64,000 nucleotides of DNA, from NCBI GenBank assembly GCA_002269645.1, contig NIVC01000866.1:76441-140440 (forward strand), in the 5' to 3' direction. The translations under genes and the position numbers were made by a program. Below the pieces are notes generated by a model, which was not told where the DNA came from, did no database searches, and saw only the letters and a list, made by a program, of their open reading frames with translations. Of this stretch, positions 48,104-60,080 are shown one piece after another (position 1 is the first letter of the stretch; each line of letters begins with the position of its first letter). This DNA comes from Macrostomum lignano (lineage: Eukaryota).

Positions 48104-48299
48104 CTGCACAGGCGGCAATTGTATCCCTAAGTTCGACCCCTTCTTTGGCGAGTACCGGAAGAGCGAAAAAAACTTGAAATTAATGAACGACTCGAATTTA
48201 CCGCAGTCCTCGCGAAGACGTCTCAGGGCGCCTTTTTATTTATGAGGATTTGAGCAGAGCAGGATCCCGGCCAATGAGATTGCTCGGCCAGCTCATTGG
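48104..48299 (-). promoter_or_regulatory. Candidate promoter and non-coding first exon of the AstC-like gene
   Basis: Inverted CCAAT pair (CCAAT 48271-48275; ATTGG 48295-48299), TATA-like TAAATAAA on the minus strand near 48240, then an ATG-free segment ending in a consensus donor CAG|GTGAGT at 48104/48103. An acceptor 43 nt upstream of the precursor ATG (exon start 43707) requires such an exon. Confidence 0.4.
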
Positions 48300-48789
48300 C
48301 TCAGTGGCTCCGTGGCGTGCGGATTTTCAATTAATTTCTACCCATCTCCCCATCCTTGCCTTTGTGTTGCGTCAAAAATTGCGCGGCAATTTCATTTTGT
48401 CTTTTGTGAGGAAGGTTCGGTTGGCTTGAGGTGCTCAAAGAAGCAAAATATTATAGAGCCAGCAATGAGCAATCAGTTTCTGCGTCTGCGTGGGTCATGC
48501 AAAATTCGAGGCTTGAATGCGGAAAATCAATTAAAACATTAACCACATTGTGCCTCTGCCTCTACACATTTGCTTTCGTTGATTTCATCAAGAAAGCCTA
48601 TGATAGTTCAGTACTGGTTCGTCACGAAATTAGTCACAGTATTAACGCCGCCCACGAGTTCGCTTTGAGAAAGAAGCTCTGAGAATCCTGGTCGCAGAGA
48701 GATGACGCTGATTCTTCAGGCCAGGTAGGTACAACTTTGTGAGTGTAAAAACAGCGCTTACTGTGCCGATGCAGTGGTAATGGCTAAAA

Positions 48790-49275
48790 GCGATGCGGAG
48801 TGAGGTGGGTGCTGCGGTGGGGGGTTAAAATGGATACGGAGTGAGGTGGGTGCTGCGGTGGTGGGTTAAAATGGATACGGAGTGGGGTGGGTGCTGAGGT
48901 GGGGGTTAAAAGTGATGTGGAGTGAGGTGGGTGCTGCGGTGGGGGGTTAAAAGCGATGCGGAGTGAGGTGGGTGCTGCGGTGGGGGGTTAAAATGGATAC
49001 GGAGTGAGGTGGGTGCTGCGGTGGGGTTAAAAGCGATGCGGAGTGAAGTGGGTGCTGCGGTGGGGGGTTAAAAGGGATACGGGTGGGGGGTTAAAATAGA
49101 TATGGAGTGAGGTGGGTGCTGCGGTGGGGGGTTAAAATGAATACGGAGTGAGGTGTGTGCTGCGGTGGGGGTTAAAAGCGATGTGGAGTGAGGTGGATGC
49201 TGCGGTGGGGGGTGGGTGAGGTGAGGTGGGTGCTGCGGTGGGGGTTAAAAGCGATGCGGAGTGAGGTGGGTGCTA
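48790..49275. repeat. ~41-bp G-rich minisatellite (GCGATGCGGAGTGAGGTGGGTGCTGCGGTGGGGGGTTAAAA)n
   Basis: Read directly. Confidence 0.92.
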
Positions 49276-49954
49276 CAGTAAAGATTTAGAAGCCATACGA
49301 TTCTGAGGCCCTCCAAAAGTAGTGGAGCAACACAGGAAATTCTGTCGCATGAATTTAGGCAAAACGAGAAAATCTAGTATTAGTGCCAAAGTACTTATTA
49401 TGCTGTTTGCTCTTTGCAAGGCAATGTATTTTCTCAGCCAATATAGACCGCAGATCAGCTTGATCAGGAAAGTAAGCAATTAAATCCATAAGAAATGTCC
49501 AATACTGTCACTAAGTATACTTATAACAGAGGCAAATTAACCAAATAAGTTCTATTGAGCACACAATTCTGAAATATTGTTTCTTGAAATGAACCGGGAG
49601 CCCCTGCTCGCACTGGAGCAGGCAGATAAGCCGGTACCCAGCAGCCTTGGCCCTAATCTAGCGGTGTTCTTCCCCTTCCCAACCTTTCGTGTGTCACTCA
49701 ACGGGAGGCAAATTTTCTGATAAAAACTGAGCGAGCAGGAGCTGAGTAATTGCATTGGGCTACTCCAGCAGCCTCCGCATCGCCCGCATCAAGTATTTAG
49801 CTCAAAATCTGCGAACAGAAAAACTTGCTTCTTTTTCCTGCAATTGCCAATTTATCAACGGCGCGATTAAACTATTCTACTTACAGTAGTAAGATGCAAA
49901 TTTTAGTCAGCTGCCATGTTGAAAAGTGTAATTTAGGGTAAGAAATTCATCTAC

Positions 49955-50820
<866 letters not shown>

Positions 50821-52179
50821 ATCTAGCTTCAACTGATCCGCAGTGCCCAGTCGCCTGTGACCAGGGGCTGTGCAGGCGGCGATCTGTGACCAGACGCCGC
50901 CAACTGCGACCAGTGGCCTGACTGGCGACAAAATTTAATTACTATTTATGGATTAACATCTATTTACTTACACTTATTTATGCAAAGTTCTCAGTGCTCT
51001 GTATTAATTTAATATTTCTTTTTTCTACGGGCGTAAATAACTTATTTGTTAAACTTTTCAAGATGCTTAGTCACACACTTCTATGCTTTAAATCTGGTTT
51101 TCCATAGCACCTGACATCTTTATTTTTGTGCAAGGCTTTAGCTGCAAAACTTTAACCAATCAGCAGCGTGCTTCAACTCGCGTTTTAACTAATTATACGT
51201 ATATATCTTTACTCAACACTGCTCAGTGCACCCCCAAAAGTCGCATAGATATATTGAAATTATGTTACAATAACTTCACAGCCAATATATTTGTTTTTAA
51301 ACCCGAATAAATAAACCCTGACGAAGGCCCAGTCCAGGCCGAAATATCGGTTTTTATACCGAATATTCCACAACTGGTAACCTTCAAAATCTTCCGTGTG
51401 CGTGGTTTGCAGTTTCAAACTGCCTAATTCATAGCTATATCTAAAAGACTGACACTAAAGGTTCCATCGCATAGAGTAATGTCCTTTGGCCTTTTTTTCG
51501 GACAGAAAATGGGAAAAACAAACGCAATGAATAATAAAAAAAGTTTTTTTCTGTCAGCCAAAAGCTGCAAAACAGTCTCAGCTCTCAGAGTTCGCTCACC
51601 AACCCCAAACTTGTCTCACGTTGTTTTGAGAAACTAAACTTGAAAACGTGCCTGTAGAGGAGCCACGAAGATGCCTGATGAATGCGTTGCAGGCAGACCC
51701 AGTAAATTGTGCTCAAGCAATAAAGTTTTTTTCTATTCTTTCATTTCCAGTTAGAGATCACAAAGCATGCAAACAATTTGACAGCGAGGCCAGCAGACAG
51801 AAGCAATTAAAAATAAAACTGAGAATGAGGCGATGCAGCAGGCTTTTCTGCACCGACTCTAACTTAGGGCCTTGAGAGTTCGCAACGAGTGGCGCCATTC
51901 GCGACCCACTCCAGCATCTGCATGGGGTGATGCTGCTCCTTCTCACTGCCAAGTGCGCCAGCCAAGACAGGGTGGCTCCATTATCCTTCTAATTCTGTCT
52001 GAGAGCAGATTTTTTGGATTGAAGGAGTCTGCCGAACTTGAACCTTTTGGTTCCTTTTGTTTCGTTTGATGAAGCTTCATTTCAATTAAGATTATTCCTA
52101 CTAATCCTACTTGTTCCCTTATGAATCAGTTATAAATCCTCTTTCAATACGAGTTATTATCCCATCTCATTCCATTCCG

Positions 52180-52860
52180 AAACTATCTCACCCCATTCCG
52201 AATCTATCTCGACCTCTGTGGGCATTTCTGTGGGCACCTCAACCTATTCGGAATCTATCTCACCTCATCTTGAATCTACCTCACCTCATTCCGAATGTAT
52301 CTCATCCCATTTCGAATCTATCTCATTCCGTTCCAGATCTATCTCACCCCATTCCCAATCTATCTCACCCCATTCCCAATCTATCTCACCCCATTTCGAA
52401 TCTATCTCACCCCATTCCGAATCTATCTCACCCCATTTCGAATCTATCTCGACCCATTTCGAATCTATCTCACCCCATTCTGAATCTATCTCACCCCATT
52501 CCAAATCTACATGTATCTCACCTCATTTCGAATCTATCTCGACCCATTTCGAATCTATCTCACCCCATTCCGAATCTATCTCACCCCATTTCGAATCTAT
52601 CTCGACTTATTCCGAATCTACCTCGACTTATTTCGAATCTATCTCACCCCATTCTGAATCTATCTCACCCTATATTCAGTCTAGCTCACCCCATTCCGAA
52701 TCTATCTCACCTCAGTCCGAATCTATCTCACCCCATTCCGAATCTATCTCACCCCATTCCGAATCTATCTCACCCCATTTCGAATCTATCTCGACTTATT
52801 TCAAATCTATCTCACTCCATTCTGAATCTATCTCACCCTATTTCGAATCTATCTCACTCC
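52180..52860. repeat. 21-bp minisatellite (CCGAATCTATCTCACCCCATT)n
   Basis: Read directly; explains the NLSHPIP ORF. Confidence 0.95.
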
Positions 52861-53371
52861 TTTCCTTGCTATCTCCTCTCATTCGTTTTTGTATCTTATC
52901 TTTATGAAATCCTTCCATACTTGTCAATATTTATTTACAGAAGTTTTGAAACATACCGTACCTTGCTTCCAGCAATATATAATTATTGTCTCCTGCTGTC
53001 ATAAAATTTCATCATCACGCAAACACGTGAGGCCCTATCTGACGCAAAGAACACTGTGCACCCCAGAATTAAATACTTTTGAGCCTCAATACTACAATAG
53101 AAAGGAAAAGAAACTGCTCAATTTGCATTAACTACGAGTACTAGACCAAAGTACGCAGTGTTAATCGCACCCCAATCGTACCCCATACGTATTAATTGTA
53201 TCGTTGTTTGTCAGTGCCCTTGGCACTTTCGTCTCGCTGAGTTTAACACTCACTTGCCCAGCGAGGAATAAAAAGCCGGTTCAATCCGCTTCTTAATCAC
53301 ACTCGGGGGCATTTCGCATGCAGGCGCCTCCCGTGTCGTAGGTCTGCTCAGAAAGCGTGCTCAGAACAGGC

Positions 53372-53378
53372 TATAAAT
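53372..53378 (+). promoter_or_regulatory. TATA box of cationic peptide gene 1
   Basis: TATAAAT 95 nt upstream of the ATG at 53473; Inr-like TCAG about 25 nt downstream. Confidence 0.7.
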
Positions 53379-53472
53379 GGGCCCCAGCTTCACTTCCATT
53401 ATCAGCTGACTGGGAGGTCTGAATCGCCGCTGTTCTCGTTGAATTTCCGCAGCATCAGCAGCATCAATCAGC

Positions 53473-53718
53473 ATGAAGTGGCAGCTGGCCGCTCTTCTGC
53501 TCGCCTGCGTCGCCGTGGCCGTCATGGCGTCGCCGTCGGCCGAGGCCGAGGACTCGGACCTGGCCGAGCTCGCCCAGCTGCAGGAGGCCATGGAGAGCGA
53601 TGAGGTCGAGCACCTGCAGGCTAAAGGCCGCTACAGGCGCTTCAAGCGCAAGCTGAAGCGCGCCTACAAGCGCTATCTGAAGAGGCACGGATACCGGAGG
53701 CACGTGATTTATGGCTGA
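53473..53718 (+). CDS. Secreted cationic peptide precursor 1 (81 aa; putative antimicrobial peptide)
   Basis: Intronless ORF MKWQLAALLLACVAVAVMA|SPSAEAEDSDLAELAQLQEAMESDEVEHLQAK|GRYRRFKRKLKRAYKRYLKRHGYRRHVIYG*. Hydrophobic signal peptide, propiece with 10 D/E, and a 30-aa tail with 9 R + 5 K and no acidic residue. GC3-rich codons; TATA box present. Confidence 0.9.
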   Translation: MKWQLAALLLACVAVAVMASPSAEAEDSDLAELAQLQEAMESDEVEHLQAKGRYRRFKRKLKRAYKRYLKRHGYRRHVIYG

Positions 53719-54534
53719 TTGTGGCCGCCACTGGACTGTCCGCAACGGAACTGATTGTACTGAGTAATACTATATGCTCTCCACAGTATGAAGTACTTTG
53801 TAGAATTATCGATACAAGTATTGCATTTGCAAAATTATCAATACCGAAAAGAGCATGTTTCACCATCGCATGAGCTTGTCGTGTCAATGCAGCTGATTTA
53901 TACAAAAAGAATGGTAATACACGAGCGTACACTTACTTTGCTATTCCTACTCTTATTTTAAGTACAGGTAACTCGTACGGGCTACTCTCAGCAGTTCTTG
54001 TTTTTATTTATTGAATTTGAAGATGGCTTGCACACCGAAAAGGCGAATTCCGTGTCCTAGATTGGATGATCTGGCATGCTAAATCAGAGATTGTGCAAAG
54101 ACTCGACTGTTCTCTTTGATCAAGAGTTCGAATTGATTTTTAGTATGTTTGTATTCAATCGTTCAGAGTCCCTCTGAAATATGATAAACACTTTTACTAT
54201 AGCTTTTGCAGCCCATTAGGGCCTACGTGCGATAAATTTAATTTAATGTAAGACACGGTTGGTAAAGTAATGGAGCTTTTGTCTATGGTAGCAAGGCTGA
54301 CACAGTGGCATTTAATTTGGTCAGCTATTGGTTTGCTGTTAGCATCACATCAAGCTCTGCAATGTTGCTTGAATAAAATTAATATCGTAGGCGTAGGAAC
54401 GTTTCAAAAAGTGGGGGGCCAGGTTCAGTGGCGGATTTAGGGGGGGGGGGGAGGGCGCACGCCCCCCATCGAGTTGGATTTTTTATATGGGAAATGCACA
54501 TTATCATGTACAGATTATTTTCAGAATCGGTGTT

Positions 54535-55830
54535 GTCAGCACTCATTTTAGCGCCGCAGCCACTCATTTTAGCGCCACAAGCATTCATTTTAGCGCCGCA
54601 GGCACTCATTTTAGCGCCACAAGCATTCATTTTAGCGCCACAAGCATTCATTTTAGCGCCGCAGGCACTCATTTTAGCGCCACAGACACTCATTTTAGCG
54701 CCACAAGCATTCATTTTAGCACCGCAGGCACTCATTTTAGCGCTGCAGGCACTCAGTTTAGCACCGCAGCCACTCATTTTAGCGCGGCAGGCACTCATTT
54801 TAGCGCCGCAGCCACTCATTTTAGCGCTGCAGGCACTCAGTTTAGCACCGCAGCCACTCATTTTTGCGCCGCAGGCACTCATTTTAGCGCTGCTGGCAGT
54901 CATTAGCGCCGCAGGCACTCATTTTAGCGCTGCTGGCAGTCATTAGCGCCGCAGGCACTCATTTTAGCGCCGCAGGCACTCATTTTAGCGCGGCAGGCAC
55001 TCAGTTTAGCGCCGCAGCCACTCATTTTAGCGCGGCAGGCACTCATTTTAGCGCCGCAGGCACTCATTTTAGCGCCGCAGGCACTCATTTTAGCGCTGCT
55101 GGCAGTCATTAGCGCCGCAGGCACTCATTTTAGCGCTGCTGGCAGTCATTAGCGCCGCAGGCACTCATTTTAGCGCCGCAGGCACTCATTTTAGCGCTGC
55201 AGGCACTCAGTTTAGCGCCGCAGCCACTCATTTTAGCGCGGCAGGCACTCATTTTAGCGCCGCAGGCACTCATTTTAGCGCTGCTGGCAGTCATTTTAGC
55301 GCTGCAGGCACTCAGTTTAGCGCCGCAGCCACTCATTTTAGCGCGGCAGGCACTCATTTTAGCGCCGCAGGCACTCATTTTAGCGCCGCAGGCACTCATT
55401 TTAGCGCTGCAGGCACTCAGTTTAGCGCCGCAGCCACTCATTTTAGCGCGGCAGGCACTCATTTTAGCGCCGCAGGCACTCATTTTAGCGCCGCAGGCAC
55501 TCATTTTAGCGCTGCAGGCACTCAGTTTAGCGCCGCAGCCACTCATTTTAGCGCGGCAGGCACTCATTTTAGCGCCGCAGGCACTCATTTTAGCGCCGCA
55601 GGCACTCATTTTAGCGCTGCAGGCACTCAGTTTAGCGCCGCAGCCACTCATTTTAGCGCGGCAGGCACTCATTTTAGCGCCGCAGGCACTCATTTTAGCG
55701 CTGCTGGCAGTCATTAGCGCTGCAGGCAGTCATTTTAGCGCCGCAGCCACTCATTTTAGCGCGGCAGTCACTCAGTTTAGCGCTGCTGGCAGTCATTAGC
55801 GCCTCAGGCAGTCATTAGCGCTGCAGGCGA
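54535..55830. repeat. 21-bp minisatellite (CACTCATTTTAGCGCCGCAGG)n
   Basis: Read directly; explains the CGAKMSA/ILAPQAL ORFs. Confidence 0.95.
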
Positions 55831-57296
55831 TATGTGAAAGAGTTCTGCAGTCTCTCAAGAATAAAAGCTCTACTGTTAGGCTCAAGAACTGTTTATTTGA
55901 GTCTGAACCCCCACCCCATTGTGAGCCTGGCACTGGAAAGACCGACTCTTCATTGCCGCTGTCTCAAGGCTAGGTCGCATTGAGCATGCAGACTACCTGA
56001 GGGGCTGAGTATTCTCTTAACCAGCTCACCCAAATTTGGCTTGACTTCTTGGGGCTCTGTTTTGTAGGTAAGCGAAAGCTCCCAGATTTCGGATTTATAG
56101 ATTCGACGAGGTGGAGCTACGAGCTTGATTGTTTGAAACGAGAGAAAGCTGTTAATGAAGTTCTCTCGTTTCAAACCATATGCCTGACGATGCACCTAAC
56201 GTGTGCAAAACGCGTCGTAACAACCTACATGTTGATTTTTGGCTTTCTCTTTAAATATCGAATTCTTCAACGATCATGCATAACTTTTTTGATGAAAAAT
56301 TCCTATTATGACTAGTGGGGTCAAATATTCGAAAAAGATGTTTTTAACGCTTTCACGCTTAACGCTCCGTTTGAATTTAATTGTTCAGTTCAATCATTTA
56401 GGTCTCACCTTGGCCAATGTACAGTGTAGAATGTACATTCACAATAGCTAAGGCGTTTTATGACTCGCAATTTGTGGTGTTGATTGAGTTTTATCGTTTA
56501 CCAGTCTGATAGACGATCGATGAAATAGAGGGGGTTATAAAGCTGCTGGCCTGAAATGCGATGTGTTTGCGGACGAAACAAGCCTTTTTTCACAATCCCC
56601 ATCTTGCTCTGCTCTGCCCATTTGCCACTGCTCTGATTTTGTTTGTGTTATTTTAGAACACAGAGGGTGGCGCAGTTGCAGATGGGGGCAGTTGCTAAAG
56701 GGTTCAATTACTTCAGACTTACTTGGCAAATTTGGAAAATGGTGGGCTTAGTGCGCTAGTCACAATATACTAAATAATTTCCTAAATTAATAAATAGATT
56801 TAAACAATGCGTCAACACTATTTTATAGATCTGATAAATATTTACCAATATTTTTCAAAGGCGACCCGAGTCTGCAATAGAGGAAGCATATATACTCAAC
56901 AACATTAAAAAGTCGCCACCTTTGAAAGTGCGCAGTAAATTCCAGCTCAGTATTGATTTCTGACTCAGTTTTGAGTGACGCAACTTAAGCACGATCGGAA
57001 ACAGAAAAGTGAGAAAGATGCTGAAGTCTGTTACCCTGCTGCTAAATATTTATTTTAACTAAAAGTTAAAAAAGTTAAAAAACAATGCTTAATAATTACG
57101 AGCTAGCTTGCAAACTGCGAACGATGAAATTCCAAGTGTATTTTCTGCCTGGCAGATTCTCAAAGTTCACGATGTTCAACAATCACTTAAGCTGATATTA
57201 TATAGTAAATTTTTTTGTTGATTAAGTGTACATTATCAGTAAAGAAAGATTAGCCATATTGTCCAAGGCGATAATTCAGAAGACGGTCCGCTTCGT

Positions 57297-57596
57297 TTAG
57301 CCATAGAAGTGGTAGCGCCTGCGGAAGAAGCGCCTGCGGATGCGGAAGTAGCGCCTGCGGAAGTTGCGCCTGCGGAAGTAGCGCCTGCGGAAGTAGCGAC
57401 GCCTGCCGAACCGAATCCTAAACTTCTCTTCCGGATCCGCGTCCTCGTCGGATTCGGCCAGATCGGGCTCGGCCATGTCGGCCAGGGCGGAGGCCACCTT
57501 TTCAAAGTCTTCGTCGTCTTCTTTGTGCTCAGCCGGGCTGGCGTAGACCGCCAGCGCCACGCACAGGAGGAGACCGAGAGCGAACTGCCACTTCAT
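57297..57596 (-). CDS. Secreted Arg-rich peptide precursor 2 (99 aa; putative antimicrobial peptide)
   Basis: Intronless ORF from ATG 57596: MKWQFALGLLLCVALAVYA|SPAEHKEDDEDFEKVASALADMAEPDLAESDEDADPEEK|FRIRFGRRRYFRRRYFRRRNFRRRYFRIRRRFFRRRYHFYG*. Propiece has 17 D/E; the tail has 21 Arg in 41 aa. The first 21 residues are 15/21 identical to precursor 1. Confidence 0.92.
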   Translation of the reverse strand: MKWQFALGLLLCVALAVYASPAEHKEDDEDFEKVASALADMAEPDLAESDEDADPEEKFRIRFGRRRYFRRRYFRRRNFRRRYFRIRRRFFRRRYHFYG

Positions 57597-57682
57597 GGCT
57601 GCTGCTGAATTCAGAGAGATTCGCTTTGCAAAGTTGATCCCGTCTTGGGTCTTGGGGGCCGTTTTGAGCTCGAGGTGGTCGA

Positions 57683-57689
57683 ATTTATA
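57683..57689 (-). promoter_or_regulatory. TATA box of cationic peptide gene 2
   Basis: TATAAAT on the minus strand, 87 nt upstream of the ATG; same CTATAAAT context as gene 1. Confidence 0.7.
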
Positions 57690-60080
57690 GACCCGCAAAC
57701 TGGGGCGGGGGCACGTTTTTGCTTACCTGCAAAACAGAAGCCCCAAAAAACGTGCTCTCAAGACTCGATAGGGGGTTGAAATTTGAATGCTTTTGCCTCA
57801 TGGTCCAAATTGCATTCAAAGAAAGAACGAAAGATGCATGCAGTAGCTGCCATTTTAATTTCAGCAACCACATATCTGATATTAATTCTCTCACGGCCCC
57901 TTCTCAACTCAATGCTACCTAGCCTTGAGGCAGCAGTAATTAAAAGCGGCTCTTCAGTGTCAGACTCACAATAGGTGGCCTCAAGAACAGCATAAGCAAG
58001 TCTTGAGCAGTTGAGCTTGAGAGTTGAAGCTGTTATTGTCTGGAAAACTACCGAACTCTACCTACGAGTCTTGTGAGTTCGCTCACACACTTGCAGACTT
58101 GCGTCGCATGGAAGCTTTTTCGGTCCCAGCATATTTTGGCCCATAAATTTTCTGTCAGGTTGACAGAGATCCCGGGACTTTAAAGCTGATTTGTGTCTAT
58201 CTTCCAAGGGAATTTGTTTATCGTCAATTCAGCGAACCCAAAGTTTTGCATGCTGGTATCGGCACGGGCTGTTCTGCCAGGCGTCCTGCACACCGCAGCG
58301 CTGTTGCTGGGGCTATTGATGTCAGAGATGCATTTGCGACAAAGCACTGGCATTATTGGCATATTTAGCATGAGCAGTACCCTCAGGAGTTTGCAGCCTA
58401 AACTTATGCAGCTTTGAAAAGTCAGAGATTCCTTCATGCTGCCACACCTTCACAGACTAAATATCTTGACTACAAAAGACTGTATCATCATCAGATTCGT
58501 ATTACATTCAGTGGTGTAGCAGTTTGAACAACCCAATGAATTCGAATGACATTTCGAAACACTTTTTATGCACACTCGGCAGTTCAAAATTACCTTCAAT
58601 GGTTCACCAAAAATTTAGTGATGGTTCACCAGCAGTTTAGCAATGGCTCACCCACAATTTGGCTACGGTTCACCAACGGTTTAGAAACGGTTTATCAGAA
58701 GTTTAGCAATGGCTCACCAGCTATGGTTTACCAGCACTGTTTCTCACAATCCCTGAGCAGATGGCCACAAATCTCCGAGCAGTTCTACAGTAATCCCATG
58801 GTAGTTTTTCGCCGACCATGCTGAGACCCAAAAAGGTCTAAAAAGGGATATTTCTCAATAAATCGAAACAATTTTAAATGTTTTAAAGATCCTTGCATCA
58901 TTATCTATGTATTTATTGTAAATGTCAGATTAGACTGCTCCCCAGATTTCAAATATTAAGAACTCTGTGAATCCGAGCTATGTTTTCCGTTTGGTTATCT
59001 CATCGTTTCGTCTGGGAACCTGTATCGAACTCAAAGGCAGTTTTATTACGTAACATCTACTCGCTGCAAAGAGATAGATGCAAAATAGGGCTCCGAACAC
59101 TCTCCAATGCTTCATCGCCGAATGATACGATACCACTGAGCTCAAACTCAAAGTACTAAACCCCTCCGACCACTTCCGTGAGGCGATTTCTTATTTAGGT
59201 AAACAATGGGAGGCATTGATGGAGTGGAATCAAATCATTTACATTTCACTTCCAGCAAAAAACAAACAAGATCAAAGTATCATCAAAGTAGTCTGCATCA
59301 GTGAGTTATCCGTGGATTCGCTCCGTGTAAGCGGAGTGAAATAAAGTCAAGTAGTCAGAAGTCTGAACTTTACGAGATTGCGACACGAAAGCCAAAAAAC
59401 AACGTTGCAGGCCGAAAAGCCAGCTTATACTGAAACTTTATCGATATTTTATTATCGATCAGCTGACTCACCCAAACCCCACCCCGCGCTTGCAAAGTAC
59501 ATTCAGCGAGAGTGAGAGACATCAAAACAACCCAACCCAGCACCTGCCACCGGCGCTCACGCATAAAGTAACCACAGCAGTGATGCACGGTCCTCTGGGG
59601 GTTGTTTCACAGTCGTGGGTGCTCTTCACTATTACTTAGGCGTAACTTCTACGAGTTTATTTTGATGCCAACCGAGACTGAGCTTTCTGGGTGGAGATGC
59701 AGTATGAAGTAGGATTGGCCATAGACAAACCTTAATGTGGAAGAAGGTATACATGTATTGAAGTTGCTCTGGCATGTGCCAAGTTCACTTTTCTGATCTT
59801 TCTGTGTTTACTGCCATACCGTCTTTACCGTGAATTGGCTGAAAATATATCGAATATCCATTCAATTCGACTTGAAGCAACTCAAGCAACTCCTTATGTG
59901 CTCTAAAGCTGGGAGCGACATCGGGGCTTTTACTACAGACTAATTTTCTTTCGTGAAATATTTCTAGAGAATGAAAGTTTATTGCTATTTAACTAAAAAC
60001 TTGAGCCTTACCTTACCTTTATAAGTAATCTAACCATATTTGCGACCGACGAATATGCAATAAGTAGTACGAGATACAAG

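Noticed and set aside
58180-58437. Possible further small secreted ORF next to peptide gene 2
   Set aside because: No MKWQ-type leader, acidic propiece or cationic tail, and no ATG-led signal peptide with promoter support.
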